Source: Opitutia bacterium (GTDB lineage: Bacteria; Verrucomicrobiota; Verrucomicrobiia; Opitutales; UBA953). Taken from it: a DNA stretch of 64,000 nt. The stretch covers positions 28,689-92,688 of the forward strand of contig BGOM01000016.1 in assembly GCA_003569245.1 (NCBI GenBank), given 5' to 3'. Shown here piece by piece: positions 36,804 to 46,960 of the stretch. The notes under the pieces were generated by a model. That model saw only the letters and a list, made by a program, of their open reading frames with translations. It had not been told where the DNA came from and searched no databases. A program made the position numbers and the translations under genes. Position 1 is the stretch's first letter, and the number at the start of each line of letters is the position of its first letter.

Positions 36804-38360
36804 ATGGCCCAACAGTCCATCGCCATCCTCGATTTCGGCTCCCAGCTGACCAAGGTCATCGCCCGCCGGATCCGCGAGTGCAACGTGCACTCCCGCATCT
36901 ATCCCTTCGGCGTCTCGCCCGAGACCCTGCGCGCCGACGGCGTGGTGGGCGTCATCCTCTCCGGCGGCCCTTCCAGCGTGAAGGCCAAAGGCTCCCCCCA
37001 TCCGGACGCCGCCATCTTCGACATGGGCGTGCCGGTGCTCGGTATCTGCTACGGCGTCCAGCTCATGGGTCAGATGCTCGGCGGCAACGTCGCCAGCAGC
37101 AGCCACCGCGAGTACGGCCATGGCACGCTCACCTTCGGCAAGGGCTCGCAGCTGCTGCAGGGACTCAAGTCCCCGCTGCGCATCTGGAACTCGCACGGCG
37201 ACAAGGTCACCCGCCTGCCGAAGGGCTTCAAGGCGGTCGCGAGCACCGAGAACTCCGAGTGCGCCGTGGTCGAGGACCCGAAGCGCCGCTTCTACGGCAT
37301 CCAGTTCCACCCCGAGGTCGCCCACTCCGAGCGCGGCATCGACATCCTCCGCAATTTCCTCTTCCGCATCTGCCGCTGCCGCGCCGATTGGAAGATGGAC
37401 GACTACGTCGACACCGCCGTGCGCGAGATCCGCGCGAAGGTCGGCAAGGCCCAGGTCATCCTCGGGCTCTCCGGCGGCGTCGATTCCTCCGTGGCCGCGG
37501 CCCTGATCCAGCGCGCCATCGGCAAGCAGCTCACCTGCGTCTTCGTGGACAACGGCCTCCTCCGCCTCGGTGAGCGCCAGCAGGTCGAGAAGATGTTCCG
37601 CGGCAGGTTCAAGGTCGACCTCCGCGTGGTCGACGCCTCCGCCGTCTTCCTGCGCAAGCTCAAGGGCGTCACCGACCCCGAGCGCAAGCGCAAGATCATC
37701 GGCCATGAGTTCATCAAGGTCTTCGAGCGCTCCATCGCCGAGGTCCAGCGCACGAAGAAGGGCAAGGTCGAGTTCCTCGCCCAGGGCACGCTCTACCCCG
37801 ACGTCATCGAATCCCTCTCGCCCAACGGCGGCCCCGCCGCGACCATCAAGAGCCACCACAACGTGGGCGGCCTCCCCAAGCACATGAAGCTGAAGCTGCT
37901 CGAGCCCCTGCGCGAGCTCTTCAAGGACGAGGTCCGCGCCCTCGGCGAGGCCCTCGGTCTCCCGCACGAGATGGTCTGGCGCCACCCCTTCCCGGGCCCC
38001 GGCCTCGCCGTCCGCGTCTGCGGCGACATCACCAAGGAGCGCCTCGACGTCCTCCGCCAGGCCGACCACATCTTCATCGACGAGCTGCGCACCTCCGGCC
38101 AGTACGCCAAGGTCTGGCAGGCCTTCGCCGTTTTCCTCCCGGTCCGCAGCGTCGGTGTCATGGGCGACGGCCGCACCTACGACAATGTCTGCGCCCTCCG
38201 CGCCGTGACCTCGTCCGACGCCATGACGGCCGACTGGGCCCGCCTGCCCTACGACGTCCTGCAGCGCGCCTCGACCCGCATCATCAACGAGGTCAAGGGC
38301 ATCAACCGCGTGGTCTACGACGTCTCGTCCAAGCCGCCGGCGACGATCGAGTGGGAATAA
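36804..38360 (+). CDS. guaA: GMP synthase (glutamine-hydrolysing)
   Basis: 518 aa: 'ILDFGSQ', 'GICYG.Q', 'SGGVDSSV', '...PPATIEWE' at the C-terminus. Confidence 0.96.
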   Translation: MAQQSIAILDFGSQLTKVIARRIRECNVHSRIYPFGVSPETLRADGVVGVILSGGPSSVKAKGSPHPDAAIFDMGVPVLGICYGVQLMGQMLGGNVASSSHREYGHGTLTFGKGSQLLQGLKSPLRIWNSHGDKVTRLPKGFKAVASTENSECAVVEDPKRRFYGIQFHPEVAHSERGIDILRNFLFRICRCRADWKMDDYVDTAVREIRAKVGKAQVILGLSGGVDSSVAAALIQRAIGKQLTCVFVDNGLLRLGERQQVEKMFRGRFKVDLRVVDASAVFLRKLKGVTDPERKRKIIGHEFIKVFERSIAEVQRTKKGKVEFLAQGTLYPDVIESLSPNGGPAATIKSHHNVGGLPKHMKLKLLEPLRELFKDEVRALGEALGLPHEMVWRHPFPGPGLAVRVCGDITKERLDVLRQADHIFIDELRTSGQYAKVWQAFAVFLPVRSVGVMGDGRTYDNVCALRAVTSSDAMTADWARLPYDVLQRASTRIINEVKGINRVVYDVSSKPPATIEWE

Positions 38361-38413
38361 ACCGAGCATCGCTCCGTTGACACCCCGCGGGTCCGACCCT
38401 TCCCTCTGACCAC

Positions 38414-39982
38414 GTGTCCGAACCCGGCTTCCAAGTCATCGCCCGCCGCTGGCGCCCCCGCCGCTTCGATGAGCTGGTCGGGCAGGAGCACATCGTCCGG
38501 ACCCTCCGCAACGCCCTCGAGACGAAGCGCCTGGCCCACGCCTACCTTTTCGTCGGCCCGCGCGGCACCGGCAAGACGACCACCGCGCGCATCCTCGCCA
38601 AGGCGCTCAACTGCACCGGCGGCCCCAAGGCCGACTTCGCCGTCGACGACCCGGTCTGCCTCTCGATCGAGCAGGGCAGCTGCCTCGACGTCGTCGAGAT
38701 CGACGCCGCGTCCAACCGCAGCCTCGAGGACGCCAAGCGCATCCGCGACGAGTGCCAGTTCGCGCCGTCCGCCTGCCCGTTCAAGGTCTTCATCATCGAC
38801 GAGGTCCACCAGCTCACCAAGGACGCCTTCAACGCGCTCCTCAAGACGCTGGAGGAGCCGCCGCCTTGGGTGAAGTTCATCCTCGCGACCACCGAGTCCG
38901 ACAAGGTCCTGCCGACCATCACCTCGCGTTGCCAGCGCCTGGAGTTCCACCCGATCGCCGAGGAGGTCATCGCCGCCCAGCTCGCCCGCATCGTCAAGGC
39001 CGACGGCGTGAAGGCCGACGAGCACGCGCTGACCGCCATCGCGCGCCTGGCCAACGGCGGGATGCGCGACTCGCAGTCGATCCTCGACCAGGTCATCTCG
39101 TTCTCCGGCAAGACGGTCACCGAGGCCGACGTCCTCTCGATCTACGGTCTGGCCTCCGCCCAGCAGGTGACCGACCTCGCCCGGGCGATCGCGACCGGCG
39201 ACGGCCGGGCGATCCTGGCCTTGTGCGACGCCTTCCACACCGAAGGGCGCGACTTGCTCCGCGTGCTGGGCGACCTGCAGGCGAAGGTCCGGCAGGCCTC
39301 CCTCGACTCCGTCCGCCAAGGCGGCACGAGCGCCTTGCTGGGCGCGCCGCTCGCCACGGAACAGCTGGTGCGCGTCCTCGAATGCCTGCAGGCCGGCGAA
39401 CAAGGGATCCGGCAGGGACTTTCGCCCCGGGCCAATTTCGAGGTCACGTTGCTCAAGGCCATCGAGCAAAGCAGGGCGAGGTCGATCGACCTCCTCATCA
39501 AGGACATCGCCGCCGCTTCAGCTGGTCTCCCTCGGGAGCCCGGCGAAAAAAAAATAAACCGGTACCTGGTGCCACCGGTGAACCTCTTCGGGGGGACGCC
39601 CGCCCCGGCGCCGACTTTCGCGACCGCCGCCGCGTCGGCGCCGGCCCCGGCTGTCCGTCGCGAAGCCCCCGCCCCGGTCGTCGACGTGCCGATCGAGGAC
39701 AACCCGGGCTACGAGTCATCGTTGCCGCCGATCGATATCGCCGGCGCCGAGGAGGAGGCCGACCAGGCCGCGGCCCGGAGCGCCTTCGACTTCCCGGTCG
39801 TCGAGCTCCCGGTCACGAAGGTCGCCGAGACCGGCAAGTCGGCCTTCCCGGGTGACCCGGAGTTCCAGGCGGCGTTGGCGGCCTTGCCGGCGGGCCTCGC
39901 GGAGAAACTCCGTTCGACGCTCGGCGCCGAGTTCACCGCGTTGCGTCCCGTGCCGGCGGGCAAACTCCGTCGGCCGGCCTGA
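38414..39982 (+). CDS. dnaX: DNA polymerase III subunit tau/gamma
   Basis: 522 aa from GTG 38414. '[18 protein letters not shown]', '[19 protein letters not shown]', '[12 protein letters not shown]', '[16 protein letters not shown]...TI.SRCQ'. Confidence 0.93.
   Translation: MSEPGFQVIARRWRPRRFDELVGQEHIVRTLRNALETKRLAHAYLFVGPRGTGKTTTARILAKALNCTGGPKADFAVDDPVCLSIEQGSCLDVVEIDAASNRSLEDAKRIRDECQFAPSACPFKVFIIDEVHQLTKDAFNALLKTLEEPPPWVKFILATTESDKVLPTITSRCQRLEFHPIAEEVIAAQLARIVKADGVKADEHALTAIARLANGGMRDSQSILDQVISFSGKTVTEADVLSIYGLASAQQVTDLARAIATGDGRAILALCDAFHTEGRDLLRVLGDLQAKVRQASLDSVRQGGTSALLGAPLATEQLVRVLECLQAGEQGIRQGLSPRANFEVTLLKAIEQSRARSIDLLIKDIAAASAGLPREPGEKKINRYLVPPVNLFGGTPAPAPTFATAAASAPAPAVRREAPAPVVDVPIEDNPGYESSLPPIDIAGAEEEADQAAARSAFDFPVVELPVTKVAETGKSAFPGDPEFQAALAALPAGLAEKLRSTLGAEFTALRPVPAGKLRRPA
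39546..39557 (+). promoter_or_regulatory. Candidate programmed slippage (recoding) site in dnaX: A9 run followed by TAA in the +1 frame
   Basis: GAA AAA AAA ATA AAC. A9 occupies 39546..39554, and reading AAA AAA AAA TAA gives a stop at 39555..39557. A palindromic ACCGGT...ACCGGT hairpin lies at 39558..39579. Confidence 0.55.
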
Positions 39983-39983
39983 G

Positions 39984-40442
39984 GTGGGCGCGACGGTCGA
40001 GATCGGCGTCCTGGCGGACACGCACGGCCGGCTCCGGCCGGAGGCGGTGATCGCGTTGGCCGGGTGCGCCGAGTACTACGTCGCCGGCGACCTGTGCAGT
40101 CCGCTCATCGTACCCGTGCTCGCCGACCTCGCCCCGACGTTCGCCGTGGCGGGCAACTGCGACGACGATGAGTCGCTCCCGCTGGTCCTCCTGCGCGAGG
40201 TCGCCGGCGTCCGCATCCTGATGCACCACGGGCATCTGCCCGTCGACGAGTCCGCCTACCGGCCCGATGTCGTGATCACCGGACATACCCACGTGCCGCG
40301 GATCGTCCAGGACGGCGGGGTGCTGCGACTCAACCCGGGCAGCGCGGGCCCGCGGCGTTTTAACCTTCCCGTGACGGTGGCCCGCCTTACCTTGCGGGCT
40401 GGCCGGGCTTCCGCCCGGTTGATCGACCTGCCGCTCGCATGA
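39984..40442 (+). CDS. YfcE/MJ0936-family metallophosphoesterase
   Basis: 'IGVLADTHG', 'AGDL', 'VAGNCD', 'MHHGH', 'VITGHTHVP' are phosphoesterase metal-binding motifs. Start assigned to GTG 39984, directly after the dnaX stop (approximate). Its stop overlaps the hrpB ATG. Confidence 0.75.
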   Translation: MGATVEIGVLADTHGRLRPEAVIALAGCAEYYVAGDLCSPLIVPVLADLAPTFAVAGNCDDDESLPLVLLREVAGVRILMHHGHLPVDESAYRPDVVITGHTHVPRIVQDGGVLRLNPGSAGPRRFNLPVTVARLTLRAGRASARLIDLPLA

Positions 40443-42970
40443 GCCAACCCCTGCCCATCGACCTGCTGAAGGCCGACCTCGTCGCCGCCTGCGGGCGGAC
40501 GCGGCGCCTCGTCCTGCGCGCGCCGACGGGCTCGGGCAAGTCCACGCGGATCCCGCAGATGCTGCTGGACCTCGGACTGGTCGAGGGCCAGATCGTCGTC
40601 CTGCAGCCCCGACGGATCGCCGCCCGCCTGCTCGCCGCGCGCATCGCGCAGGAGCGGGGCGGCAAGCTCGGGGCGGAGGTCGGCTACCAGATCCGCTTCG
40701 AGCGGGTCGAATCCGCCCAGACCCGCATCAAGTTCGTGACCGAGGCGTTGCTGCTCCGCCAGATGGCCTCGGACCCCCAGCTCAAGGGCATCGGCGCCGT
40801 GGTCTTCGACGAGTTCCATGAGCGCAACCTGCATTCGGACGTCGCCCTCGCGTTGGCGCGCCGCCTCCAGGAGACCGGCCGCCCCGACCTCCTGCTGGTC
40901 GCGATGTCCGCCACGCTCGACACGGAGGGCGTGGCCCGCTGGCTCGGTGCGGCCGAGACGCTCGCCGCCGATGGCCGCACCTACCCGGTCGACGTCGAGT
41001 ACACGCACCAGCCGCGCAATTCCACGCGTCCCGTCTGGGACGCCGCGGCGGAGCAGGTCCGGCGTATCCTTCAAGAAGAGCCGGAAGGCGACATCCTCGT
41101 CTTCATGCCGGGCTCGTACGAGATCATGCGCACCCTCGGCGCCGTCCGCAACCTGCCGGAGTCCGGAGGCGTGGACATCCTGCCGCTCCATGGCGAACTG
41201 CCGCCCGAGGAGCAGGACCGCGCCGTCAAGCCCGGTCCCCGCCGCAAGGTGATCGTCGCGACCAACGTCGCCGAGACCTCGCTCACCATCCCCGGCGTGC
41301 GCGCTGTCGTCGACGCCGGCCTCGCCCGCGTGGCCCGCTTCGACCCGCACCGCGGCATCGACACCCTGCTCATCGAGCCGGTCTCGCAGGCTTCCGCCGA
41401 GCAACGCGCCGGCCGCGCGGGCCGCACGGGCCCGGGACGTTGTATCCGGCTCTGGTCGCAGACCGACCACGCCGCCCGGCCGCCGCGCGAGACGCCGGAG
41501 ATCAAGCGGGTCGACCTCTCCGAGACCATCCTGCTGCTCCTGACCTCGGGTTGGGGCGACGCGACCACCTTCCCATGGTACGAGAAGCCCGACGACAAGG
41601 CGCTGCAGCGGGCGCTGACCGTGCTGCGTGACCTGGGGGCGGTGGATGGCGCCGGTGCGTTGACGCGGCTGGGTCGCCGCATGGCGGTCTTCCCGGCCCA
41701 CCCCCGCTACGCGCGCATGCTGATGGCGGCCGGCGAGTTCGGTTGCGTCGCCGAGGTCGCCCGCATCGCCGGTTTGTCGCAGGGCCGCGATATCCTGTTC
41801 CGCAAGGTCGACGACCGGACCGAGAACGCGCGCGACGCGGTCGCGCAGGAGGATGGGTCCGACTTCTTCACGCGCCTCGCGCTGCTGCGCCGGGCCGCGG
41901 AGATGAAGTTCGACCTTGATGGCTGCGAGCGCCTGGGGATCCACGCGCAGTCCGCCCGCCAGGCCGACCAGGCGGCGCGTCAGTTCCTGCGCATCGCCGA
42001 AGGGCAGGGGCTCCCCGTCAACGACGACCCCGCGGATCCCGCCGCCCTCCGCCGCTGCCTCCTGCTGGGTTTCTCCGACCGCCTGGCGATCCGGCTCGAC
42101 GCCGGCACCTTGCGGTGCGCGCTCGTCCATGGTCGCAAGGGCGAGCTGCGTCGCGAGTCGGCGGTGCGGCACGCGAAGCTCCTCGTGGCGGCCGAGATCG
42201 ACGAGATCCAGGCGCGCGGCGAGGTCACGACCTACCTGTCGTTGTGCACCGCGGTCGAGGAGTCCTGGTTGCGCGAGCTTTTCCCGGAGGATTTCACCGA
42301 GGTCTCGGCCCCCCGCTACGACCCGACATTGCGGCGCGTGCTCGCGCGGGTCGAACGGCGCTTCCGCGACCTGGTGCTCGAGACGATCGAACGCGACGAG
42401 ACCCCGTCCGACGCCGCCAGCCGGCTCCTCGCCGAGGAGGTGGTGGCCGGCCGGCTGGAGCTCGAGAAGTGGGACGGCCAGGTGGATGGCTGGATCCGGC
42501 GCGTGAACTTCCTCGCGAAGCATTGCCCGGAGCTGGGCATCGCGCCTTTCGACGAGGCGGGCCGCCGGATGGTGATCGAGGAGGTGTGCGCGGGGGCCGT
42601 GGCCTACCGCGACATCCGCGAACGTCCGGTGATGGGAATCGTCCGCGGGTGGCTGACGCACGAGCAGGCGATGGCGCTGGAGTCCTATTGCCCGGAGAAG
42701 ATCGTCCTGCCGCGCAAGAAGCATCCGGCCCGCATCGAGTACACGGCCGACGGCGAGGCCGAGGTCGAGGCGACGGTGCAGGAGCTCTATGATTTCCCCG
42801 GCAGCAAGCTGCGGGTCTGCCAGGGCAAGGTCCCGATCGTCGTCTGTATCCAATCCCCCGCCCGGCGCACCCAGCAGCGCACGCGCGACCTCGACGCCTT
42901 CTGGAAAGGCTCCTATGAGCTGGTGAAGAAGGAACTTCGGGGTCGCTACCCCAAGCACGAGTGGCGATAG
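40439..42970 (+). CDS. hrpB: ATP-dependent DEAH-box RNA helicase HrpB
   Basis: 843 aa: 'LRAPTGSGKSTRIPQ', 'VVFDEFHER', 'MSATLD', 'TNVAETSLTIPGV', 'QRAGRAGR', plus the HrpB-type C-terminal domain. Confidence 0.88.
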   Translation: MSQPLPIDLLKADLVAACGRTRRLVLRAPTGSGKSTRIPQMLLDLGLVEGQIVVLQPRRIAARLLAARIAQERGGKLGAEVGYQIRFERVESAQTRIKFVTEALLLRQMASDPQLKGIGAVVFDEFHERNLHSDVALALARRLQETGRPDLLLVAMSATLDTEGVARWLGAAETLAADGRTYPVDVEYTHQPRNSTRPVWDAAAEQVRRILQEEPEGDILVFMPGSYEIMRTLGAVRNLPESGGVDILPLHGELPPEEQDRAVKPGPRRKVIVATNVAETSLTIPGVRAVVDAGLARVARFDPHRGIDTLLIEPVSQASAEQRAGRAGRTGPGRCIRLWSQTDHAARPPRETPEIKRVDLSETILLLLTSGWGDATTFPWYEKPDDKALQRALTVLRDLGAVDGAGALTRLGRRMAVFPAHPRYARMLMAAGEFGCVAEVARIAGLSQGRDILFRKVDDRTENARDAVAQEDGSDFFTRLALLRRAAEMKFDLDGCERLGIHAQSARQADQAARQFLRIAEGQGLPVNDDPADPAALRRCLLLGFSDRLAIRLDAGTLRCALVHGRKGELRRESAVRHAKLLVAAEIDEIQARGEVTTYLSLCTAVEESWLRELFPEDFTEVSAPRYDPTLRRVLARVERRFRDLVLETIERDETPSDAASRLLAEEVVAGRLELEKWDGQVDGWIRRVNFLAKHCPELGIAPFDEAGRRMVIEEVCAGAVAYRDIRERPVMGIVRGWLTHEQAMALESYCPEKIVLPRKKHPARIEYTADGEAEVEATVQELYDFPGSKLRVCQGKVPIVVCIQSPARRTQQRTRDLDAFWKGSYELVKKELRGRYPKHEWR

Positions 42971-42983
42971 TCCGCCCGTCCCC

Positions 42984-43808
42984 ATGCGCCGTCGCGACTT
43001 CCTTTCCGTAGCTTCCGCCACCGCGCTGGCGCTTTCGCTGGGCGCCCAGGTCGCGCCCGCCGTCCGCGGTTCGCGCAAGAAGGGCCTCGGCCTCGTCGCG
43101 AAGAAAGGCAACGGGTGGGAGGCGAAGGTCCGGGCGCTGCGCCCTGCCTGGCTCTACACCTGGGGTTCCTCGCGGCCGGAAGGCCTGCCGGCCGAGGTCG
43201 ACTTCACCCCGATGGTCTGGGGTTACTGGGGGCAGGACGCCTCGCTCGCCAAGCTCGGCGAGACGGCGAAGGCGAGCGGTCAGCGTCACCTGCTCGGTTT
43301 CAACGAACCGGACGGCAAGGATCAGGCCAACCTCTCCGTGGAGAAGGCCCTCGCCGCCTGGCCCGCCTTGATGAAGACCGGCCTGCGCCTCGGCAGCCCG
43401 GTCTGCGTGCATCCGGACAACGCGTGGATGAAGGCTTTCATGCAAGGCGTCGCGGAGCGCAAACTCCGCGTCGACTTCATCTGCATGCATTCCTACGGCG
43501 GCCCGGATGCCGATGGGCTGGTCAACCGGATCCAGGCGATCTCGAAGACCTACGGAGGCCGGCCGGTGTGGCTCACCGAGTTCGCCGTCGGCGACTGGGA
43601 AGCGAAGTCCCGCGAGCAGAACCGATTCAAGCCCGAGCAAGTGCTCGCCTTCATGCGCAAGGTCATGCCGAAGCTCGACGCGCTCGAATGCCTGGAGCGG
43701 CATGCCTGGTTCCCCGCCGGTCCCACCAGCGCCGCGCTTGGGACCTCCGCCTTGCAGGATGCCGAGGGGCGCCTCACCCCGTTGGGAGAATACTTCCGCA
43801 CCTGCTGA
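42984..43808 (+). CDS. Exported glycoside-hydrolase-like protein (Glyco_hydro_cc / PF11790-like catalytic core), Tat-type signal
   Basis: 274 aa. N-terminal MRRRDFLSVASATALALSLGA (twin-arginine-like). 'LLGFNEPDG' and 'PVWLTEFAV' resemble the two catalytic-Glu motifs of (beta/alpha)8 clan GH-A enzymes. Confidence 0.6.
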   Translation: MRRRDFLSVASATALALSLGAQVAPAVRGSRKKGLGLVAKKGNGWEAKVRALRPAWLYTWGSSRPEGLPAEVDFTPMVWGYWGQDASLAKLGETAKASGQRHLLGFNEPDGKDQANLSVEKALAAWPALMKTGLRLGSPVCVHPDNAWMKAFMQGVAERKLRVDFICMHSYGGPDADGLVNRIQAISKTYGGRPVWLTEFAVGDWEAKSREQNRFKPEQVLAFMRKVMPKLDALECLERHAWFPAGPTSAALGTSALQDAEGRLTPLGEYFRTC

Positions 43809-43810
43809 CC

Positions 43811-44491
43811 ATGGCCCCGGTTTCCCTGCCTTGGCATCAGGTGCCGATCCATGTGGTGGATTTCGAGGGCGGTCCGCGCACGGGCGTCGTCGAGTTCGGT
43901 GTCGCGACCTTGCTAGGTGGCGAGGTCGTCTCGGCCGCGACGGCTTTGCACGCGCCCCGGGCGCCCATCCCGGCGCTCGATACCCAATGCCACGGCTTGG
44001 CCGAGCGCGACCTGACCGGCGCCGCGCCGTTCGAGGCGGAGTGGGAGCGCTGGGTTTCCCTGCGTCGCACGGGGTTGCTGGCCGCCCACAACGCCACGGT
44101 CGAACACGACCTGTTGCGCGGGACCTGGGCCCGTCCGTCGGCGGTCCCCGCCTTCGTCGGCGAGGGTGGCGCCGTCGCCGAATGGGGTCCGTGGATCGAC
44201 ACGTGCCGGCTGGCCCGGGCCTGGGCACCCTCGTTGGGCGACTTCCGACTCGGTCAGCTGGTGGCCGACCTGCGGCTGGGCCCCCGCCTCGAGGTTTTGG
44301 CCGCCCAGCATTGCCCGCCCAAGCGGCGGCGTTTCCATTGCGCCCTCTACGACGCCTTGGCCGCGGCCTTGGTGCTCCGGGCCCTTTGCGCCCTCGAGGG
44401 CCGTTCCCAGGCCACCCTCGCCCAATTAGTGCGCGACAGCGTTTCCGCCCCGGCGGCTAATGACTTGATGCAGGGCGAGCTGGGGCTGTGA
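43811..44491 (+). CDS. DEDDh 3'-5' exonuclease (DnaQ/epsilon-like)
   Basis: 226-aa part of ORF 43115..44491 from ATG 43811. Exo I 'VVDFEG', Exo II 'AAHNATVEHDLL', Exo III 'HCALYDA'. Confidence 0.75.
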   Translation: MAPVSLPWHQVPIHVVDFEGGPRTGVVEFGVATLLGGEVVSAATALHAPRAPIPALDTQCHGLAERDLTGAAPFEAEWERWVSLRRTGLLAAHNATVEHDLLRGTWARPSAVPAFVGEGGAVAEWGPWIDTCRLARAWAPSLGDFRLGQLVADLRLGPRLEVLAAQHCPPKRRRFHCALYDALAAALVLRALCALEGRSQATLAQLVRDSVSAPAANDLMQGELGL

Positions 44492-44541
44492 GTTTCCGCT
44501 TCACTCCCGGGGGGCGGGGACTAACTAGGTAGCCTCTCCTC

Positions 44542-45543
44542 ATGGCATCCAAGACTCCTATCCGCGTGGCCGTCACCGGCGCCGCCGGCAACATCGGTTA
44601 CGCCGCCATCTTCCGCCTCGCCTCCGGCGCGGTGTTCGGGCCCGACCAGCCCGTCGCCCTCAACCTCATCGAGGTCGGGCCCGGTCTCAACGCCCTCACC
44701 GGCGTGGTGATGGAGCTCCAGGACTGCGCCTTCCCGCTGCTCACCGACGTCGTCGCCACCGGCGATCTCGACGTCGGCTTCAAGGACGCCGACTGGTGCC
44801 TGCTCATCGGCGCGGTGCCCCGCAAGGACGGCATGGAGCGCAAGGACCTGCTCGGCATCAACGGCAAGATTTTCATCGGGCAGGGCCAGGCGATCGCCCG
44901 CAGCGCGAAGAAGACCGTCAAGGTCCTCGTCGTCGGCAATCCCTGCAACACGAACTGCCTGATCGCCCTGCGCTCCGCCGGTCACCTGCCCGCCGAGAAC
45001 TTCTTCGCGATGACCCGCCTCGACGAGAACCGCGCCAAGTCCCAGCTCGCGGGCAAGGCCGGCGTGCACAACTCGGTCGTCAAGAACGTCGCCATCTGGG
45101 GCAACCACTCCTCGACCCAGTATCCCGATTTCACCAACGCGACCATCGGCGGCCAGCCCGCCCCGCAGGTCATCACCGACCATGCCTGGTTGAAGGAGAC
45201 CTTCGTGCCCGATGTCCAGAAGCGCGGCGCGGCCGTGATCAAAGCCCGCGGCGCCTCCTCCGCGGCCTCCGCCGCCAACGCCGCGCTGGACACCCTCCGG
45301 AGCCTGCACTTCCCGACCCCCGCGGGCGACTGGCATTCCGCCGCCGTCCTCTCGAAGGGCGACTACGGCATCACCCCCGGGATCATGTTCGGTTACCCGC
45401 TGCGCACCAAGGCCGACGGCTCCTGGGAGATCGTCCAGGGCCTGCCGCTCGACGCCTTCTCCAAGGAGAAGATCGCGGTCACCGAGAAGGAACTGCTCGA
45501 GGAGCGCGCGACCGCCTCCGAAGCCCTCGGCTTGAAGCTCTGA
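44542..45543 (+). CDS. mdh: Malate dehydrogenase (cytosolic-type / LDH-like family 2)
   Basis: 333 aa: '[14 protein letters not shown]', '[15 protein letters not shown]', 'VVGNPCNTN', '[11 protein letters not shown]'. Confidence 0.95.
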   Translation: MASKTPIRVAVTGAAGNIGYAAIFRLASGAVFGPDQPVALNLIEVGPGLNALTGVVMELQDCAFPLLTDVVATGDLDVGFKDADWCLLIGAVPRKDGMERKDLLGINGKIFIGQGQAIARSAKKTVKVLVVGNPCNTNCLIALRSAGHLPAENFFAMTRLDENRAKSQLAGKAGVHNSVVKNVAIWGNHSSTQYPDFTNATIGGQPAPQVITDHAWLKETFVPDVQKRGAAVIKARGASSAASAANAALDTLRSLHFPTPAGDWHSAAVLSKGDYGITPGIMFGYPLRTKADGSWEIVQGLPLDAFSKEKIAVTEKELLEERATASEALGLKL

Positions 45544-45563
45544 AGCCGGCCTAATGAACGCCC

Positions 45564-45598
45564 AGGCGGCAAGGGACCTCCCTTGACCGCCTTTTTTT
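45564..45598 (+). terminator. Rho-independent terminator after mdh
   Basis: AGGCGGCAAGGGA-CC-TCCCTTGACCGCCT hairpin (one bulge) followed by a T7 run. Confidence 0.8.
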
Positions 45599-45616
45599 GG
45601 CCCGTAGGCTGGACGG

Positions 45617-46960
45617 ATGGACCTGCTGGCCCGAGTCGACTGGTTCCAGATTTTAGCCGCGCTCTGCTTCTGGCTGGCCTTGGTCTGGGCACAGCACCTG
45701 GACCGCGGCTTCCCGGTCTGGCTGCGCCGCTTCGCCCTGCCGGCCTTGCTCGGGTGGTCGGTGGTGGACGTCTGCGCCGCCGGGGTGGGCTTCTGGCCAG
45801 CCGTGGCCGCCGCTCCGGCGGGCTTCTTCGCGCTCTGGCTCGGGGCGCATGGCCTGCGTCGCTTCCTTTCCGATGACCTCGCGCCGGCGCCGCGCCGCTT
45901 CCTGGAAATGCTCTCGGCCACCGGTCCCTTGGTCGCGGCGGCGGCCTGGATCTGGTCGCGCTACGATCGGACCTTCGCCGGCTTCCCGGATCCGCTCGCC
46001 ACGCTGACCACCGTCCACTTCGCCATCACGTTCGGCGTCCTGCCGCTGGCGATGGCGGCGAGCGAACGCCCGCTGCCGCGCTCGCGCCGGCGCGACCTCG
46101 GGCTCTGGCTTTACGTCGCCGGGGCGCCGGCCACCGCGTTGTGCTTCGCTTTGCGCACGGATCCTTTCCGCCCCGGCCTGGTCGAGGTCGGCTGCGCGGT
46201 CGCCTTCGCCGCCGGGTTCCTGCTCTGGGCCGCCGGCATGCCGGTGCGGCGCGGGCCCTGGCCGTATGTGTGCCTGGTCCCCGGCTTCTTGCTCGGCGTC
46301 GGCTACACCGCCGCCCAGGCCTTCGGCTGGGAGTACCTCACGATCCCGCAGATGGCCGCGGTCCACGGCTCGCTCAACCTGCTCGGCTCGCTCCTGCTCG
46401 CCGCCCAGGCGCCGGCGTTCGCGGACGCGGCGCCGCCGGCACCCGACCTGAGCACGCCCGTCGACGGCGGCGACCGCGCGACGGCGGTGTTCGCCGATAC
46501 GCATCGCGTCGTGCTCGGACCTTGGTCCCCGGAGGCGTTCGCGCGGATCCGGGAGGCTTTGCTCGGTTACCGCTTCTACCCCGGGCACGTCATGGTGCGG
46601 CGGACGCAGTTCGAGGAAGAAGGCCGCGCGGTCCGGGTCGGGGACCGGCTGGGACTCGGTTTGCTCGTGCCCGGCCTGCCCGGACTCGCTCCCTGGATGC
46701 TGCCCGCCGTCGTCGAGGTCGATCACGTGGAAGCCGGCGACGAGCGCTGCGGTCTCGGTTACGTGACCACCCGGCGGCACTATGGCCGGGGGGTCTGGCG
46801 CGCCGAGGTGGCCCGCGAAGGCGACCAGCTGCTGCTGACCGTCTCGTACCACGTCCGCCCAAGCCGCTGGTTCGTGTGGTGCGGCCTGCCGGTCTACCGT
46901 CGCTTCCAGCTCGCCGCCTTCCGCGCGGGCGCCGACCAGTTGCGCCGCCGGGCGGCCTAG
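45617..46960 (+). CDS. Polytopic membrane domain (~270 aa, multiple TM) fused to a soluble C-terminal domain. The architecture tentatively resembles YndJ-like + DUF1990
   Basis: 447 aa with a hydrophobic N-terminal two-thirds (HF..TFG, HGSLNLLG motifs). The C-terminal ~170 aa is 'LLGYRFYPGHVMVRRTQFEEEGRAV.VGDR...GYVTTRRHYGRGVWRAEV'. The family assignment is from memory, not searched. Confidence 0.5.
   Translation: MDLLARVDWFQILAALCFWLALVWAQHLDRGFPVWLRRFALPALLGWSVVDVCAAGVGFWPAVAAAPAGFFALWLGAHGLRRFLSDDLAPAPRRFLEMLSATGPLVAAAAWIWSRYDRTFAGFPDPLATLTTVHFAITFGVLPLAMAASERPLPRSRRRDLGLWLYVAGAPATALCFALRTDPFRPGLVEVGCAVAFAAGFLLWAAGMPVRRGPWPYVCLVPGFLLGVGYTAAQAFGWEYLTIPQMAAVHGSLNLLGSLLLAAQAPAFADAAPPAPDLSTPVDGGDRATAVFADTHRVVLGPWSPEAFARIREALLGYRFYPGHVMVRRTQFEEEGRAVRVGDRLGLGLLVPGLPGLAPWMLPAVVEVDHVEAGDERCGLGYVTTRRHYGRGVWRAEVAREGDQLLLTVSYHVRPSRWFVWCGLPVYRRFQLAAFRAGADQLRRRAA

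Noticed and set aside
38752-39855. 367-aa ORF overlapping dnaX in the -1 frame, considered as an overlapping gene
   Set aside because: It is an Arg/Pro/Gly-rich off-frame artefact over most of its length. Only its last ~100 codons matter, as the frame entered if the A9 run gains one A. With no nearby stop, this is a less plausible route to a gamma-like product than the +1 TAA.
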